From NCBI RefSeq assembly GCF_902713615.1, contig NC_052165.1, positions 71,129,480 to 71,193,479 on the forward strand: a stretch of DNA of 64,000 nt, in the 5' to 3' direction. The position numbers were made by a program, and so were the translations under genes. The stretch comes from Scyliorhinus canicula. Taxonomy: Eukaryota. The notes under the pieces were generated by a model. The model worked only from the letters and a program-made list of their open reading frames with translations. It ran no database searches and was not told where the DNA came from. Of the stretch, positions 1 to 11,789 are shown piece by piece. Numbering within the stretch: position 1 is the stretch's first letter; every line of letters starts with the position of its first letter.

Positions 1-194
1 GTCCCAGGTACCAACCCATGCTGCCAGTTCCCCTACCTTATTTCGTATACTCCTGGCATTGAAGTAGACACACTTCAAACCACCTACCTGAACACTGGCA
101 CTCTCCTGCGAAGTCAAATCTGTGCTCCTGACCTCTATACTCTCAATCTCCCGTACCCTAAAACTACAATCCAGGTTCCCATGCCCCTGCTGAA

Positions 195-1121
195 TTAGTT
201 TAAACCCCCCCAAAGAGCACTAACAAATCTCCCCCCCAGGATATTGGTACCCCTCAGGTTCAGATGTAGACCATCCTGTCTATAGAGGTCCCACCTTCCC
301 CAGAAAGAGCCCCAGTTATCCAGAAATCTGAATCCCTCCCGCCTGCACCATCCCTGTAGCCACGTGTTTAATTGCTCTCTCTCCCTATTCCTCATCTCAC
401 TATCACGTGGCACGGGCAACAACCCAGAGATAACAACTCTGTTTGTTCTCGCTCTGAGCTTCCATCCTAGCTCCCTAAAGGCCTGCCTGACATCCTTGTC
501 CCCTTTCCTACCTATGTCGTTAGTGCCAATGTGGACTACGACTTGGGGCTGCTCCCCCTCCCCCTTAAGGACCCGGAAAACACGATCCGAGACATCACGT
601 ACCCTTGCACCTGGGAGGCAACATACCAAACGTGAGTCTCTCTCGCTCCCACAAAATCTCCTATCTGTGCCCCTGACTATTGAGTCCCCAATTACTAATG
701 TTCTACTCCTTTCCCCCCTTCCCTTCTGAGCAACAGGGACAGACTCCGTGCCAGAGGCCCGTACCCCATGGCTTACCCCTGGTAAGTCGTCCCCCCCACA
801 AGTATCCAAAACGGTATACTTGTTACTCAGGGGAACGACCGCAGGGGGTCACTGCACTGACTGCTTCTTCCCAGTCCCTCTTACAGTTACCCATCTATCT
901 CCAGTCTTTGGTGTAACTATTTCCCTGAAGCTCCTATCTATGACCCCCTCTTCCTCCCGAATGATCCGAAGTTCATCCAGCTCAAGCTCCAGGTCCCTAA
1001 CACGGTTATTGAGGAGCTGGAGTTGGGTGCACTTCCCACAGATGAAATCAGCAGGGACACTGACGGCGTCCCTCACCTCAAACATTCTGCAGGAGGAGCA
1101 TTGTACTGCCTTCCCTGACAT
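195..1121 (-). pseudogene. CR1 ORF1 (Zn finger, coiled coil, SGNH/GDSL esterase) with one in-frame stop
   Basis: Track ORFs 849..1127 and 195..809 share a frame, separated by one TGA at 849-851; VIGDSIVR, CLPGARV, HIGTND, QDGLHLN. Confidence 0.88.
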
Positions 1122-1373
1122 CACCACTAGATTTAAAAAATAACAAGAAAAAGAAAAAGAAAGGAAGAGCTTACCTGATATTACCTCAAACCCTGCTCCC
1201 GCTCAAAGGTAAGCAAATTTAAAGGCACTCACTCACCTTCACGACAGGCCCCTGCTCCCGCTTCCCAACCACCGTGGGGTGGGGGGGGGTTGGTTAGAGG
1301 AGGAGGTAGGGTGGGAAACACTCACGAAGTGTTTCGGGTTGAACTGTCACTTGCCAACAGCCTCTCCACAAAC

Positions 1374-1987
1374 CACCTTCAACTTAGGCTGACCGCACTG
1401 CACGTATGCAAATTTCCCCAGAACAGCTGATCAGTAGCTCTGCTCTGCTGCCCTCTGCTGGATGATTGCCTTCACTCAAACTCCTCGGGTCCCCTTCGCA
1501 GATTCACCTTCAACTTAGGCTGACCGCACTGCACGTATGCAAATTTCCCCAGAACAGCTGATCAGTAGCTCTGCTCTGCTGCCCTCTGCTGGATGATTGC
1601 CTTCACTCAAACTCCTCGGGTCCCCTTCGCAGATTCACCTTCAACTTAGGCTGACCGCACTGCACGTATGCAAATTTCCCCAGAACAGCTGATCAGTAGC
1701 TCTGCTCTGCTGCCCTCTGCTGGATGATTGCCTTCACTCAAACTCCTCGGGTCCCCTTCGCAGATTCACCTTCAACTTAGGCTGACCGCACTGCACGTAT
1801 GCAAATTTCCCCAGAACAGCTGATCAGTAGCTCTGCTCTGCTGTCCTCTGCTGGATGATTGCCTTCACTCAAACTCCTCGGGTCCCCTTCGCAGATTCAC
1901 CTTCAACTTAGGCTGACCGCACTGCACGTATGCAAATTTCCCCAGAACAGCTGATCAGTAGCTCTGCTCTGCTGCCCTCTGCTGGAT
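1374..1987. repeat. 131-bp tandem array, about 4.7 near-identical copies, in the CR1 5' UTR
   Basis: Unit starts caccttcaacttaggct at 1374, 1505, 1636, 1767, 1898. Confidence 0.97.
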
Positions 1988-2005
1988 CTAGACCTTCAGC
2001 AAATT

Positions 2006-2637
2006 TTCATAGCGAGAGGATTTGAGTATAGGAATAGAAATGTTTTACTGCAATTCTATAGGGTATTGATGAGGCCACACTTGGAGTATTGTGTGCAGTT
2101 TTGGTGTCCTTATCTGAGGAAGGATGTTCTTGCTATGAAGGGAGTGCAGCGAAGGTTTACCAGGCTGATTCCTGGGATGGCGGGACTGTCATATGAGGAG
2201 AGATTAAGTCGGTTAGAGTTATATTCATTGGAGATTGTAAGAGTGAGGAGAATCTCATAGAAACTTATAAAATTCCAACAGGATTAGACAGGGTAGATTC
2301 AGAAAGAGTTTTCCCCATGGTGAGGGGATCCAGAACTAGGGGTCATAGTTTGAGGATAAGGGATAAACCTTTTAGGACTGAGGTGAGGAGAGGTTTCTTC
2401 ACCCAGAGAGTGGTGAATCTATGGAATTCACTAACACAGAAAGTAGTTGAGGCCAAAACGTTGTGTAATTTCAAGAAGGAATTAAATAGAGCTCTTGGGG
2501 CAAAGGGATCAAGGGATATGGGGGAAGGCGGGATCAGGGTATTGAATGTGATGATCAGCCATGATCAGAATGAATGGCGGAGCAGGCTCGAAGGGCCGAA
2601 TGGCCTCAGTTTGCTTCTATTTTCTCTGTTTCTATCT
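2006..2637 (+). mobile_element. CR1 LINE 3' fragment (ORF2 C-terminus and 3' UTR)
   Basis: RPHLEYCVQFW, VQRRFTRLIPG, TRGHSL, FTQRVVNLWNSL; frameshifted. Confidence 0.92.
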
Positions 2638-3171
2638 TAAGGCGAATGAACAGCTTGCATCATGATGCCAGGACATGATGACATCAGGGCAAGAAGAGGC
2701 AGGAAGAAGTTCGGGCAATATATGGGGCAGAAATATTTAATTTCAATTGTCACTGTCACTTTAAGTGCCTGAATTTGGGCCAAAGCGCAGATGTCAGCAC
2801 CTGTGGTGTGTGAACGCCCAGGGTTTTAGAATTGGTGAAGGACTTAAAATTGGTGTTGTAACCCAAATATCAGGTAGTCACTGTGGGCGCAAAGCTGCAC
2901 TGGACTCAGATTGAAGGCATGCTATCATATACTTCCAGCTTAGTTCTGGTTATTTTTCTGTTTCAAAATTCTTTCATATTTGTTAAACTGTACAATGCTT
3001 GACATTTTAACACAACAAAAGTAGAAACTGCAACAGCAAAGAAAGGTCAATTTTTTGCCTGGAAGTTCTGTCTCAAGTGTCCTTGGAATCAGAATCATAG
3101 CCTGCTTTCTGTCCCTTGGTCCCTGGTTAATTCAGAGCTTTGTTTTTACCCACTATGCTCTTTTATTTCAG

Positions 3172-3258
3172 GTCTACCTGTAGCTCTCTTGTTACCAGAA
3201 TATTTACGTGAGTGGCTGCTGGATTCTGCCTTAGCATCGCAACTGAAACTCAGAGTTT
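3172..3258 (+). pseudogene. BRINP: Decayed BRINP-family internal exon, interrupted by an LTR-like insertion
   Basis: Acceptor ttttatttcag then phase-1 GLPVALLLPEYLREWLLDSAL..IA..NSEF, resembling recalled BRINP2/3 GLQVLLPEYLRERFVAAALSYI(A/T)CNSEGEF; read by eye. Confidence 0.55.
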
Positions 3259-4820
3259 GTTGAAGGGAGGGGTACTAAAATGAGCTGTCCCTTTAAGGTA
3301 GCTTATGTTCAAGCTGGATTTGACTATAAAAATCGTGGGATTTGAGGGCGTGTCGATGCAATTCTTGACTAGCTCTTCAACGATTGAAAGGAAAACACAC
3401 TGTGGGTATAATGCAGTGAAAATTGTTCCATGTTCGGTCCCAGAGTTTGGTTTATTCCTTCACGGATTGTCAACATCACCGGCTGGATTCTCTCTCGTTG
3501 GAAATGGTCATTGCCTGGCACTTTTGGGAGGCATCAATTTTACTTGCTTTGTGCAAACACAGGCCACGGTGGGTGGCCAGTGGGATGCGCAGCAAGATGG
3601 CTGCCTAGCAAGTGGTGGCAATGGTGGCCCGTGCCTGGACGCTCCACCTCGACCCCACAGCCTATCCTCTGGCCCCCCTCATTGCACACCCCGGACCTGG
3701 CAGATGCTCCTCAGCCAGAATCAGCACTGGAAACCACGGTTGCGCCTTTGGGAAGATGTCCTAACTCCTCCAACTTCCTCAGCAGCCACAGCGCGTGTTT
3801 CCCGATTTTATATACCACAAGTGAATCTTACTGGCAGAGGTGGAGCATCGCTGGTGGTCTTTTCACCAAGGATTTTGACCACAAGGATTTTGACCCAAGA
3901 TGGGGTTTGCTTGAGTGGAGATAAAAGATAGCAGTTAGGATTTATTATTTCATTGTATTGTTCAGCATTGTTCAATGGGTAGTTGTGAGCTGATTTCTTG
4001 TATGAGGTTAAAGTTATTTTAATCCTATGTTAGTAATAAAGTTTGTTTTAATATACCATGGGCAGGATTCTCCAACCCCCCCTGCCGGGCCGGAGAATCA
4101 CTGGGGGGCGGCGTGAATCCCACCCCGCCACCCCGGCGCTGGCTGCCGGATTCTCCGGCGTCGGTTTTTCAGTGGCGACAGGAATTGTGTCGCGCCGGTC
4201 AGGGCAGCGGCCCCCCCGGCGATTCTCCGTCCTGCAATGGGCCAAGCGGCCGGCCGTTTTTAGCCTATCCCTCTGACATATATTACACCAGGTCCGCACC
4301 GGCGGGACCCGGCTCTGCCGGCAGCCTGCGGAGTCTTCGTCGGGGGCGCGGGGGGATCTGGCCCCTGGGAGGGGGTCCCCACGCGATTGGGGCCAACCGA
4401 TCCGCGGCCGGGCATGTACCGTGGGGGGCACCCTTTCCCTCCATGCTAGCCGCCGTAACGGTCCGCCATGGCCGGCATGGAGAAGAACCCCCCTGCTCAT
4501 GCGCTGGGATGATGCCAGTACACGCTGGCATACCCACGCATGCGCCAACCCTGCCGGCGCCAGCCTAGCCCCTGAAGGTGCGGAGGATTCTGCACCTTTC
4601 GGGCAGCCCGACGCCGGAGTGGTTCACGCCACTCCTCGGCACCGGTACGGCCCACCCCGCCAGTTAGGGAAGAATCCTGCCCCATATCACTATGTGTGGA
4701 ATCACTCCTGGCACGAACTATCCTTTCCTCACATTCTTGAAAATTAAATAAAATTTAGGGTTTCTGCCTGGTATCCCAGCAACTGTTAGAGTCTTTAGTG
4801 TCTGATCCGGGATTGTAATA
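3259..4820 (+). mobile_element. LTR-like element or solo LTR, interrupted by a MITE
   Basis: Starts tgttg, AATAAA near 4035, LTR-like U5 end; no clean TSD found. Confidence 0.4.
4060..4682. mobile_element. PIF/Harbinger-type MITE
   Basis: TIRs gggcaggattct / agaatcctgccc; 3-bp TSD CAT (4057-4059, 4683-4685); GC-rich, non-coding. Confidence 0.85.
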
Positions 4821-4871
4821 ATGTAAACGAATAGTTGAAATGTGGTCAGACCCATCACACTCTGAAACCCT

Positions 4872-4997
4872 GGGCAGGCTTCTCTGGCTGTGCCCGCTCG
4901 GTGACTGGAAATTCCTGCCCAAGGTCAATGGATGTTTACATGGTCTGCATCCCGCCGTTGGTGATCTTGCGGCGGGCGAGGCGGAAGAATCCAGCCC
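4872..4997. mobile_element. Short Harbinger-type MITE
   Basis: Imperfect TIRs gggcaggcttct / agaatccagccc. Confidence 0.65.
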
Positions 4998-5879
4998 CAA
5001 GTGACAGATGCCACCCAAAACAACTACTGTGGGTTTCTCATCAGATCCCCTCAGATGCTTGTCATAATGTGAGCCATCATGTCCCAATTGAACTCTAACT
5101 TTCACACGAGGGTTCCAAACTCCACTCTCAAAGAACATGCCATAGCATCTTCTCCCAAACAACGCTTTCTCCTAGATACTTTCACTAAGGATCCACTTCC
5201 AGGATTCCAATCTCTCCTCTGCCTTGGATTACCATGCACATTCAAGCTTCTCAGGGACTCAGCTATGCCAACAGAACACAATCACTTTCCAGGCTGGATT
5301 AAGATGGCATCCTCTTTAGGATTACCTCAGATGTCTGGTTTCTCACTAGCCGACTTCACCAGGTCTGCACCTTTCAGCTCTATCTTTAACTGGGAGCCTC
5401 TCTCTGCCCCTTTAACTTCAGTGAACAGTACCATGTTCAGATTCCAATTATTCGTCCCTTTGACTTCAATATTCCTGGGATTCCTCTTTCTTCCCCTGGT
5501 TTCTAGAACTATCTCTTCTTTATCTTCTGGTGCTTGCTTTCTGCCCCTTGCTTCATTGTCCTACCTTTCTTCTGGCAGTTTCTGTGAGAGCTGCTTTCTT
5601 CTCAGCTACTTGGTTCCAAATGAACCACAAATGCTTATGCAACAGCTTCGGTATTTTTACTTCTATAATTGCTGTTCCATTGTAAACCCTTCAATTACAA
5701 TGCAAGCACAGTTGAAAATAAAATTAAAAGCCACAGTCACACTTTGCTTAACATGGGCTCATGGAAGTTTTAACCTTTTCTTTCACAGAAATACAAAATT
5801 AAACTTACTTAAAGTTATAACTTATTTCTAATACCCATAAGTTATAGATCACTTTAAACTACCTCTGTTTCCTGACACC

Positions 5880-6525
5880 TTATGATGCAGGGAAGGTTAT
5901 TCATGGAACAGCTGAAGATGGTTGGGCCTGGGACACTAACCTGAGGAATTCCTGCAGTGATGTCCTGGAGCTGAGATGATTGAGCTCCAACCATCACAAC
6001 CATCTTCCTTTGTGTTAGGCATTCCTCCAACCAGTGCCGACTTATCCCCTTGATTCCCATTGACTCCGGTTTTGCCTGGGCCCCATGCTGTTACATTCAG
6101 TGAAATGCTGTCTCGGAGTCAAGGACAGTCACTCTCACATCACCTCTGGAGTTCACCATGTTTGGACTCAGGCTGTAATGAGGTCAGGAGCTGAGTGACC
6201 CTGCTGGAACCAATATCGAGTGTCTGTGAGCAAGTTATTTCTGAGTAAGTGCCACTTGGCAGCTCTGTTGATAACCCCTTCCATCACTTTGCTGATGATT
6301 GAGAGTAGACTGATAGGGCTGCAATTGTCCAGGTTGGATTTTTCCTGATATTTGTGGGGAGGACATACCCAGGAAATTTGCCACATTGTTGAGTAGATGC
6401 CAGTGCTGCAGCTGCACTGCAACAGCTTGGCTAGGGGGTACTGCTGGTTTAAGGGCCCAGGTCTTCAGTACTAATGCTGGAATATTGTCAGGGCCCAGAG
6501 CCTTTGGCAGTATTCAGTGCCATCG
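5880..6525 (-). mobile_element. Non-LTR retrotransposon RT fragment (CR1/L2 group)
   Basis: PISLLSIISKVMEGVI, FQQGHSAPDLITA, DITAGIPQVSVPGPTIFSC. Confidence 0.8.
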
Positions 6526-6529
6526 GTCA

Positions 6530-7580
6530 CTTAGAAAAAAAATGTTTATTGAGAATTTTTCAGTACAAACAAAATACTATGAAACAATTATTTCAAGTTA
6601 CAATGGCAAGGAACATGACAAATAATCAGAAGCACAAATGAACTTAACCCCCCAACATTAAATTAAACCCCTTAACAACTGATGGTGACCTGCTCTTTAA
6701 AAAAGCAAATGAATGGCTGCCACCTTAGGTCGAACCCTCTACCGACCCCCTAATGGTGTACTTGACCTTTTCCAAATGTAAGAACGACATGGGGGTCACC
6801 CAACAAAGCCGAGGCACTGGGCAGAGTAGGAGACCTACACCCAAGCAGAACTCGCCTCCGGGCAATTAACAAGGCAAAGGCGAAGACATCCGCCTGTATC
6901 CCCGTCTGTAGCATCAGGGAGTCTGATACCGCGAAAATGGTCACCGGCGAACATGGCTCCAAATCGACATTGAGTATCTCTGACATGGTGCTAAAGGAGA
7001 CCCAGAAGCTTAGTAACTTGGGACAAGACCAAAACATATGAGTGTGGTTGACTCTCACATCTGTCCTCCACCCCAGAGAAAAAAACGCTCATCCTTGCCT
7101 TGGTCAGATGAGCCCTGTGCCCTTGAATTGGATCAGACCAAGCCAAGCACAGGAGGACGTGGAGTTGGCCCTGTGAAGGGCCTTACTCTTAACCTCGCCA
7201 TCCAGAAATGGACACAATTTACCCTCTCATTTTACCTTTACCTCATTCAACGGAGCTGATTCCGCTGATAGGATCCAGCCGTTTATGCACAAAATAGTCC
7301 CCCACCAAACCCGACCAAAGACAAAATCCACTTCAACGGGGAGGAGGGTGGTGCTAAGAGGAAAGAGGGAAAAGCCTTGTGCGAAAAACCGCGCATCTGA
7401 AAGTATCAAAAAAGATTGGAACCAGGGAGTTGAAATTTCTGCAACAGCTCCTTAAAGCAAGCAAACTTCCCTCCACGAACAAGTTCCCAAACCTCTCTCT
7501 AAACTGTTCCCCTCCCAAACCTGTTGAGTCCAAATCTGCTGGCAAAAATAGGTGATTATTGCAGGCAGGGGTCAGCAAAG
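6530..7580 (-). mobile_element. L1-clade LINE 3' fragment
   Basis: NHTHMFWSCPKL and FAFALLIARRRVLLG match the L1 ORF2 C-terminus at 38566-39288; minus-strand polyA signal near 6546. Confidence 0.8.
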
Positions 7581-7584
7581 ACAT

Positions 7585-9115
7585 GGCGCGGGATTCTCCG
7601 TCGGCAGACGCCTGAATCGGGAAATGCGATTGGGTGGAGAATCTTCTATTGACAGCGTAATCGTGACGGGCGCTGGTTTCACGCAAAATCACAATTCTCC
7701 GGTGCCTCAACAGCATCATCAATGCGTTCCAGAATGCACATATAGTAAATGCCATCGGCTTATCATTAGCGGGCCTGACCAGATATTCTCCGGGGCCTCT
7801 GCAATGATCTGCCTCCACTCGACGAATTCCCAATGGCGAGGTTCAGTTATGCTTTTAAAAATCGCAAAACAGGCACCATGGCTGCTGAGGGAGAGAGGGG
7901 GTACGGAAAGTGTCCAACATCACCATAGTTTGCTGACAGACATGCTGTTGGCGGGGGGGGGCTGCTGCCAGGGCCGGGAGGAGTAGCGGGAGGTCGCCAG
8001 GAGATGGGCTGTGGGGTCGTGGTGGACGGGCCTGGAGCACCACTGCTGTGGCCTGCAAGGCAGCCATGCAGCTGATCTCCCCGCTGACTGCCCTCTGTGA
8101 ACGGTGCCACAGATTGTATGGGTGTCCCCCCCCAGGGCACCCCCCAGGTGTCCTCTGGCCCCAACCGACCCATCAGCGGCATGGGCATGCTCCAGCGCAA
8201 CCAGTGCCATCCTGTTGTTTCGGATAAGTGTATATTTGGAATGTAATGTGTGTATGCGGCTGCACAGCCTCCCGAGTGTCAATCACGGACCTGGCTGATC
8301 GCATACCATTTCTCATTGGAATGGAACATGTTCCATGTGGCACTGGTGCTAGCCCCTTCACAGTCACTGAATTGGTCCACGTGGGGCGTTAGTTTTGCTG
8401 TCGTGGAAGTCCACGCATCCTGCTGTGGAGTCAACACCTAGGGCGGGATTTCCTGTTCCCTGACGCCTATTTCGTCATTGCAATTGGACAGAGAATCCCT
8501 TTTTACGTTGGAATCATGGGGTGACGCCTTTTTTTCCAGGCGCTGCCGCTCCAAAACAGCGTAATTGAAAAGTACGCCACACACCATTGCGAGGGCCTCA
8601 GGCCTTCACATGAAGGCCCTTCTCTGATGCTCCGCCCCAGATGCGGCGAGTTCCTGCCTGGGCGGTTGACGTGTGATCTCAGCAGTCGGGAACCTGGGTT
8701 GGCGGCTGTGAATTGTGTCCAGCACCGCTGCAGTTGGGCGGGAGCCATGCCGCTAGCTGGGGGAAGCGGAGGGGGGGGGCTTCGGCATGGGCTGAGGGGA
8801 TTGGTGGGGCGTGGCCAGGGGGAGGCCGGGGGTGTCCATGGGGGCACTATTTGGCAGGTTGGATCCGCGCACCGCCAGCTCCATGTTGTACGGTGCGACC
8901 GCTGCAGGTCGTCACCGTGCGCAAGGGCGGCCACGAACCCGGCAATTCTCCGGCCATTTTGTCCTGGGTGCCAGGATTTTACATGCCGCGGCTGCTAACT
9001 CTTCACCGGTCGGAGGATCGATGCTGGGTTGGCACCACGTTTCCCCACCTGAAAAGTCACGGATCCTCCAAATCGGAGAATCCAGCCCTTAGTCTCAGGA
9101 ACGGAGAATCCCGCC
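7585..9115. mobile_element. Harbinger-type MITE (outer) inserted in L1
   Basis: TIRs gcgggattctccgt / acggagaatcccgc. Confidence 0.8.
8441..9088. mobile_element. Harbinger-type MITE nested in the outer MITE
   Basis: TIRs gggcgggatt / aatccagccc; flanks cta/tta resemble a TWA 3-bp TSD. Confidence 0.8.
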
Positions 9116-9119
9116 AATG

Positions 9120-9960
9120 GAACTAAGTTTAAAATGCTGTCTGAAATGTTTCCAGACCCCACGCCCCACCAATCCCCTCAGCCCATGCCGAAGACCCCCG
9201 CTTCCTCCAGATTCTCAGGGTGGACACCACTGCTGAATTAGAGGGAAATCTTGCCAGAGAGAATAGCAGTGATGCAGTTACTAACGAACCGAGGCTAGAA
9301 CCCTTACAGACAGTCACCTCCATTTACGCCAACATGGATGGAACCCGGATGACTAAACACCTCAGTACCTTCTCAATATTGGCTGCCCAATAATAAAATA
9401 ATAAATTGTGTAAAGCCAACCATCCTGATTGCATAGGTTTCTGGAGGAATGACATACGGATCCTTGGAGTCCAAATAATAGAGGACACTAATTTATTAAT
9501 TTTGACAAAGAAGTAGTATAATTAAATTTATGAAGCGAGGCCCAATTGTGGGCTATCCGGGTTCCCAGATAATGAAAGTTAGATCTGGGAAAGTGGAAAG
9601 GTAACACCCCCAGATGGGTTCCCCTCCCTGGGGGTTAACCAAAACGTATTTGCTCTTATCCAAATTCAACTTATACGCAGAGAAGGAGCCAAAGCTCCCA
9701 AGCAGCTTCATTATCTCATCCATGTTGGAAACTGAGCCTGTAATATAAAGAAGCAGGTCGTCTGCATACAAGTACACCTTATGCTCCACCCCTCCCCCGA
9801 TTTATCCTCCTCCATTTACTGGGAGATTCAAGTGCTATGGCAAGCGGTTCTATTGCCAGAGCAAATAGGAGCAGAGACAACGGACATCCCTACCTATGCA
9901 TTGCGCCCCTATTCAACGGAAAATAGGCCAAATTCAAAGCATTTGTGCGAACACTATCAG
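9120..9960 (-). mobile_element. L1-clade LINE RT fragment, continuation of 6530-7580
   Basis: EHKVYLYADDLLLYI, FSAYKLNLDKS. Confidence 0.8.
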
Positions 9961-10039
9961 TGGGGGCCCAATACAATAAACAAACAAAGATGTTTGGGAA
10001 GGACAATAGTCCAATTCAACTGGACTATTGTCACCATTT

Positions 10040-11370
10040 CTAATTCAGTAAAGACATAAGCAAAGCACTTATTCAGTACCTCTGCCATACCCTCCGCTTC
10101 AGTGAGCAACTTACCCTGCTTGCCCCTTATGGGTCCCACTCCATCCTTCCTAATATTTTGCTTTGCTAATATTTTACTAGTAATATGTTTGAAGAACATG
10201 TTACTATTTGTTTTATTGCAATTTGCCATCCTTTCTTCATTATTCCCCTTAGTCTTCCCTATTTCAGCCTTAGCCTCTCTCCTGCATTTGAGATAATCTT
10301 TCTGATTTCTATTCTATTATTATTCCGGCATGTATATGGTACCTCCTTTTTTCTTCCTTATTTTCTCCTCAATAACCTTAGTCATAGAGTGTTATAGCTT
10401 TGGATACACCATCTTTATTTCTCATGGGTATGTACCTAGCTTGCACCCTATTGATCTTTCCTATGAAAGTCTCCCATTTTTCATCCATTTTATCCCCCAA
10501 AATGCATTTCCAATCAACCTGCTCCAGTTCAACTTTTATAATTGCCCCTTTCCAGTCCGGGATCTTAAACCGTGACTGAATTTTATCCTTTTTCAGCTTA
10601 ATATTGAACCTTATAATATTATGATTGCTATTTCTCAGCTGCTCCCCAACTCTAACATTCTCCACCTGACCTGCCTCATTTCCTAGACTAGATCCAGCAC
10701 ATCTTCCTCCCTGGTAGGACTGGAAATGTACTGTTCCATAAAGTTCTCCTGCACACACAGTAGGAATTTCTCCTCTACCATGCCCCTTATCCCAGTCTAC
10801 CTTAGGGCAATTGAAACCCCCAACTATCACAACCCTACTTGTCATGCAGATTTCCATAATCTGTCTACAAATGTCCTCTCCCCACTATTTGGAGGTTTAT
10901 ATTAAATATCCAACAAAGTAACCACTCCCTTCCTGTTTCTCACCTCCAACCATATAGATTCTAATTCAGGAACTGAATCTTATTCAAGGGCTATGATACT
11001 ATCTTTGACCGACTGCTTTTTGCCCACTCTATTACTTCTAAAAACCGTATAACCCGGAATGTTAAGTATCCAGCCCTATTCTGACTTGAGTCACGTTTCT
11101 GTTAATGCAACATTGTCATATTCCTCGAGAGCAATTTCTGTTTCAAGTTCCACAATTTTGTTCACTATACTCCGTGCATTTACATCCATACAACAAAACT
11201 CTGCTCTTATCTCTTTCTTGCCCTTTGGGAGGCGACCATTTTTTTGTTCACTGTCAACACTCAAACCTTCCCCCACGTTCTTTTCCCTATTCCCCATCTT
11301 CTCTCTTTTTCCCTCACTGGTACTTCTAAAACTAGGCCCATTAGTCAACCCACCTCCCTGCCTTAGGCCA
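10040..11370 (-). mobile_element. Old CR1 LINE ORF2 fragment (APE endonuclease and linker)
   Basis: NARSIVNKIVELE..DNVALTET, VIVGGFNCPKVDW, SNHNIIRF, AEGMAEVLNKCFAYVFT. Confidence 0.8.
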
Positions 11371-11394
11371 GTGCCTAGGTTGATGCTGGGTGAT

Positions 11395-11745
11395 ATATCC
11401 GGTTTAATTCCTTTTTGTCACCTTCATGGCGGTTTGATACAATTGAGTGATTTGCTGGGCCATCTCGGGGCGCAATCAAGAGTCAACCACACTGCTGTAG
11501 GTCTGGAGTCACATGTACGACAGACCAGGTAGATCTCCTTCCCGAAAGAGCATTAGTGAAGCAGATGGGATTTTATGACAATTGACAATGGCTTCATATT
11601 ACTGAGACTAGCTTTTTAATTCCAAGTTAATTAAGTGTATTTAAATTCCACCAGATGCTGTGGTGGGATTTGATCCCATGTCCCCCGCATTAGTCTGGGC
11701 CTCTCGATTACTAGTTTGGTGACATACTACTAATGTCACCATCTC
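11395..11745 (-). mobile_element. tRNA-headed SINE-like repeat
   Basis: Inverted homologue of 16655-16975 (ggagtcacatgta..cattagtgaa..gatggg). Confidence 0.6.
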
Positions 11746-11789
11746 CCCCCCCCCCCCCCCCCCCCCCCACCAGTCATCAATGAAAGATA

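Larger units (their letters stand above)
1..1987 (-). mobile_element. CR1-clade LINE, 5' portion (5' UTR with tandem array, ORF1); continues off the left edge
   Basis: ORF1 has CxxC..CxxC finger, leucine-rich coiled coil and SGNH esterase motifs (GDS, PGA, GTND, DGLH), the known CR1 ORF1 architecture. Confidence 0.9.

Noticed and set aside
195-809. Host or horizontally acquired GDSL lipase
   Set aside because: In frame with the CR1 zinc finger/coiled coil; it is the known ORF1 esterase domain
1374-1987. Possible CRISPR array
   Set aside because: Head-to-tail repeats with no unique spacers, no cas genes, eukaryotic context
3305-5831. Long track ORFs (208, 164, 250 aa and others)
   Set aside because: No recognisable motifs; they lie in LTR-like or GC-rich MITE sequence where chance ORFs are common
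11745-11768. Long C/G homopolymers (also ~15526, 21786, 23902, 39319, 55617) as a dedicated system
   Set aside because: Mostly within or at the edges of repeats; lengths are unreliable in assemblies; no evidence of function
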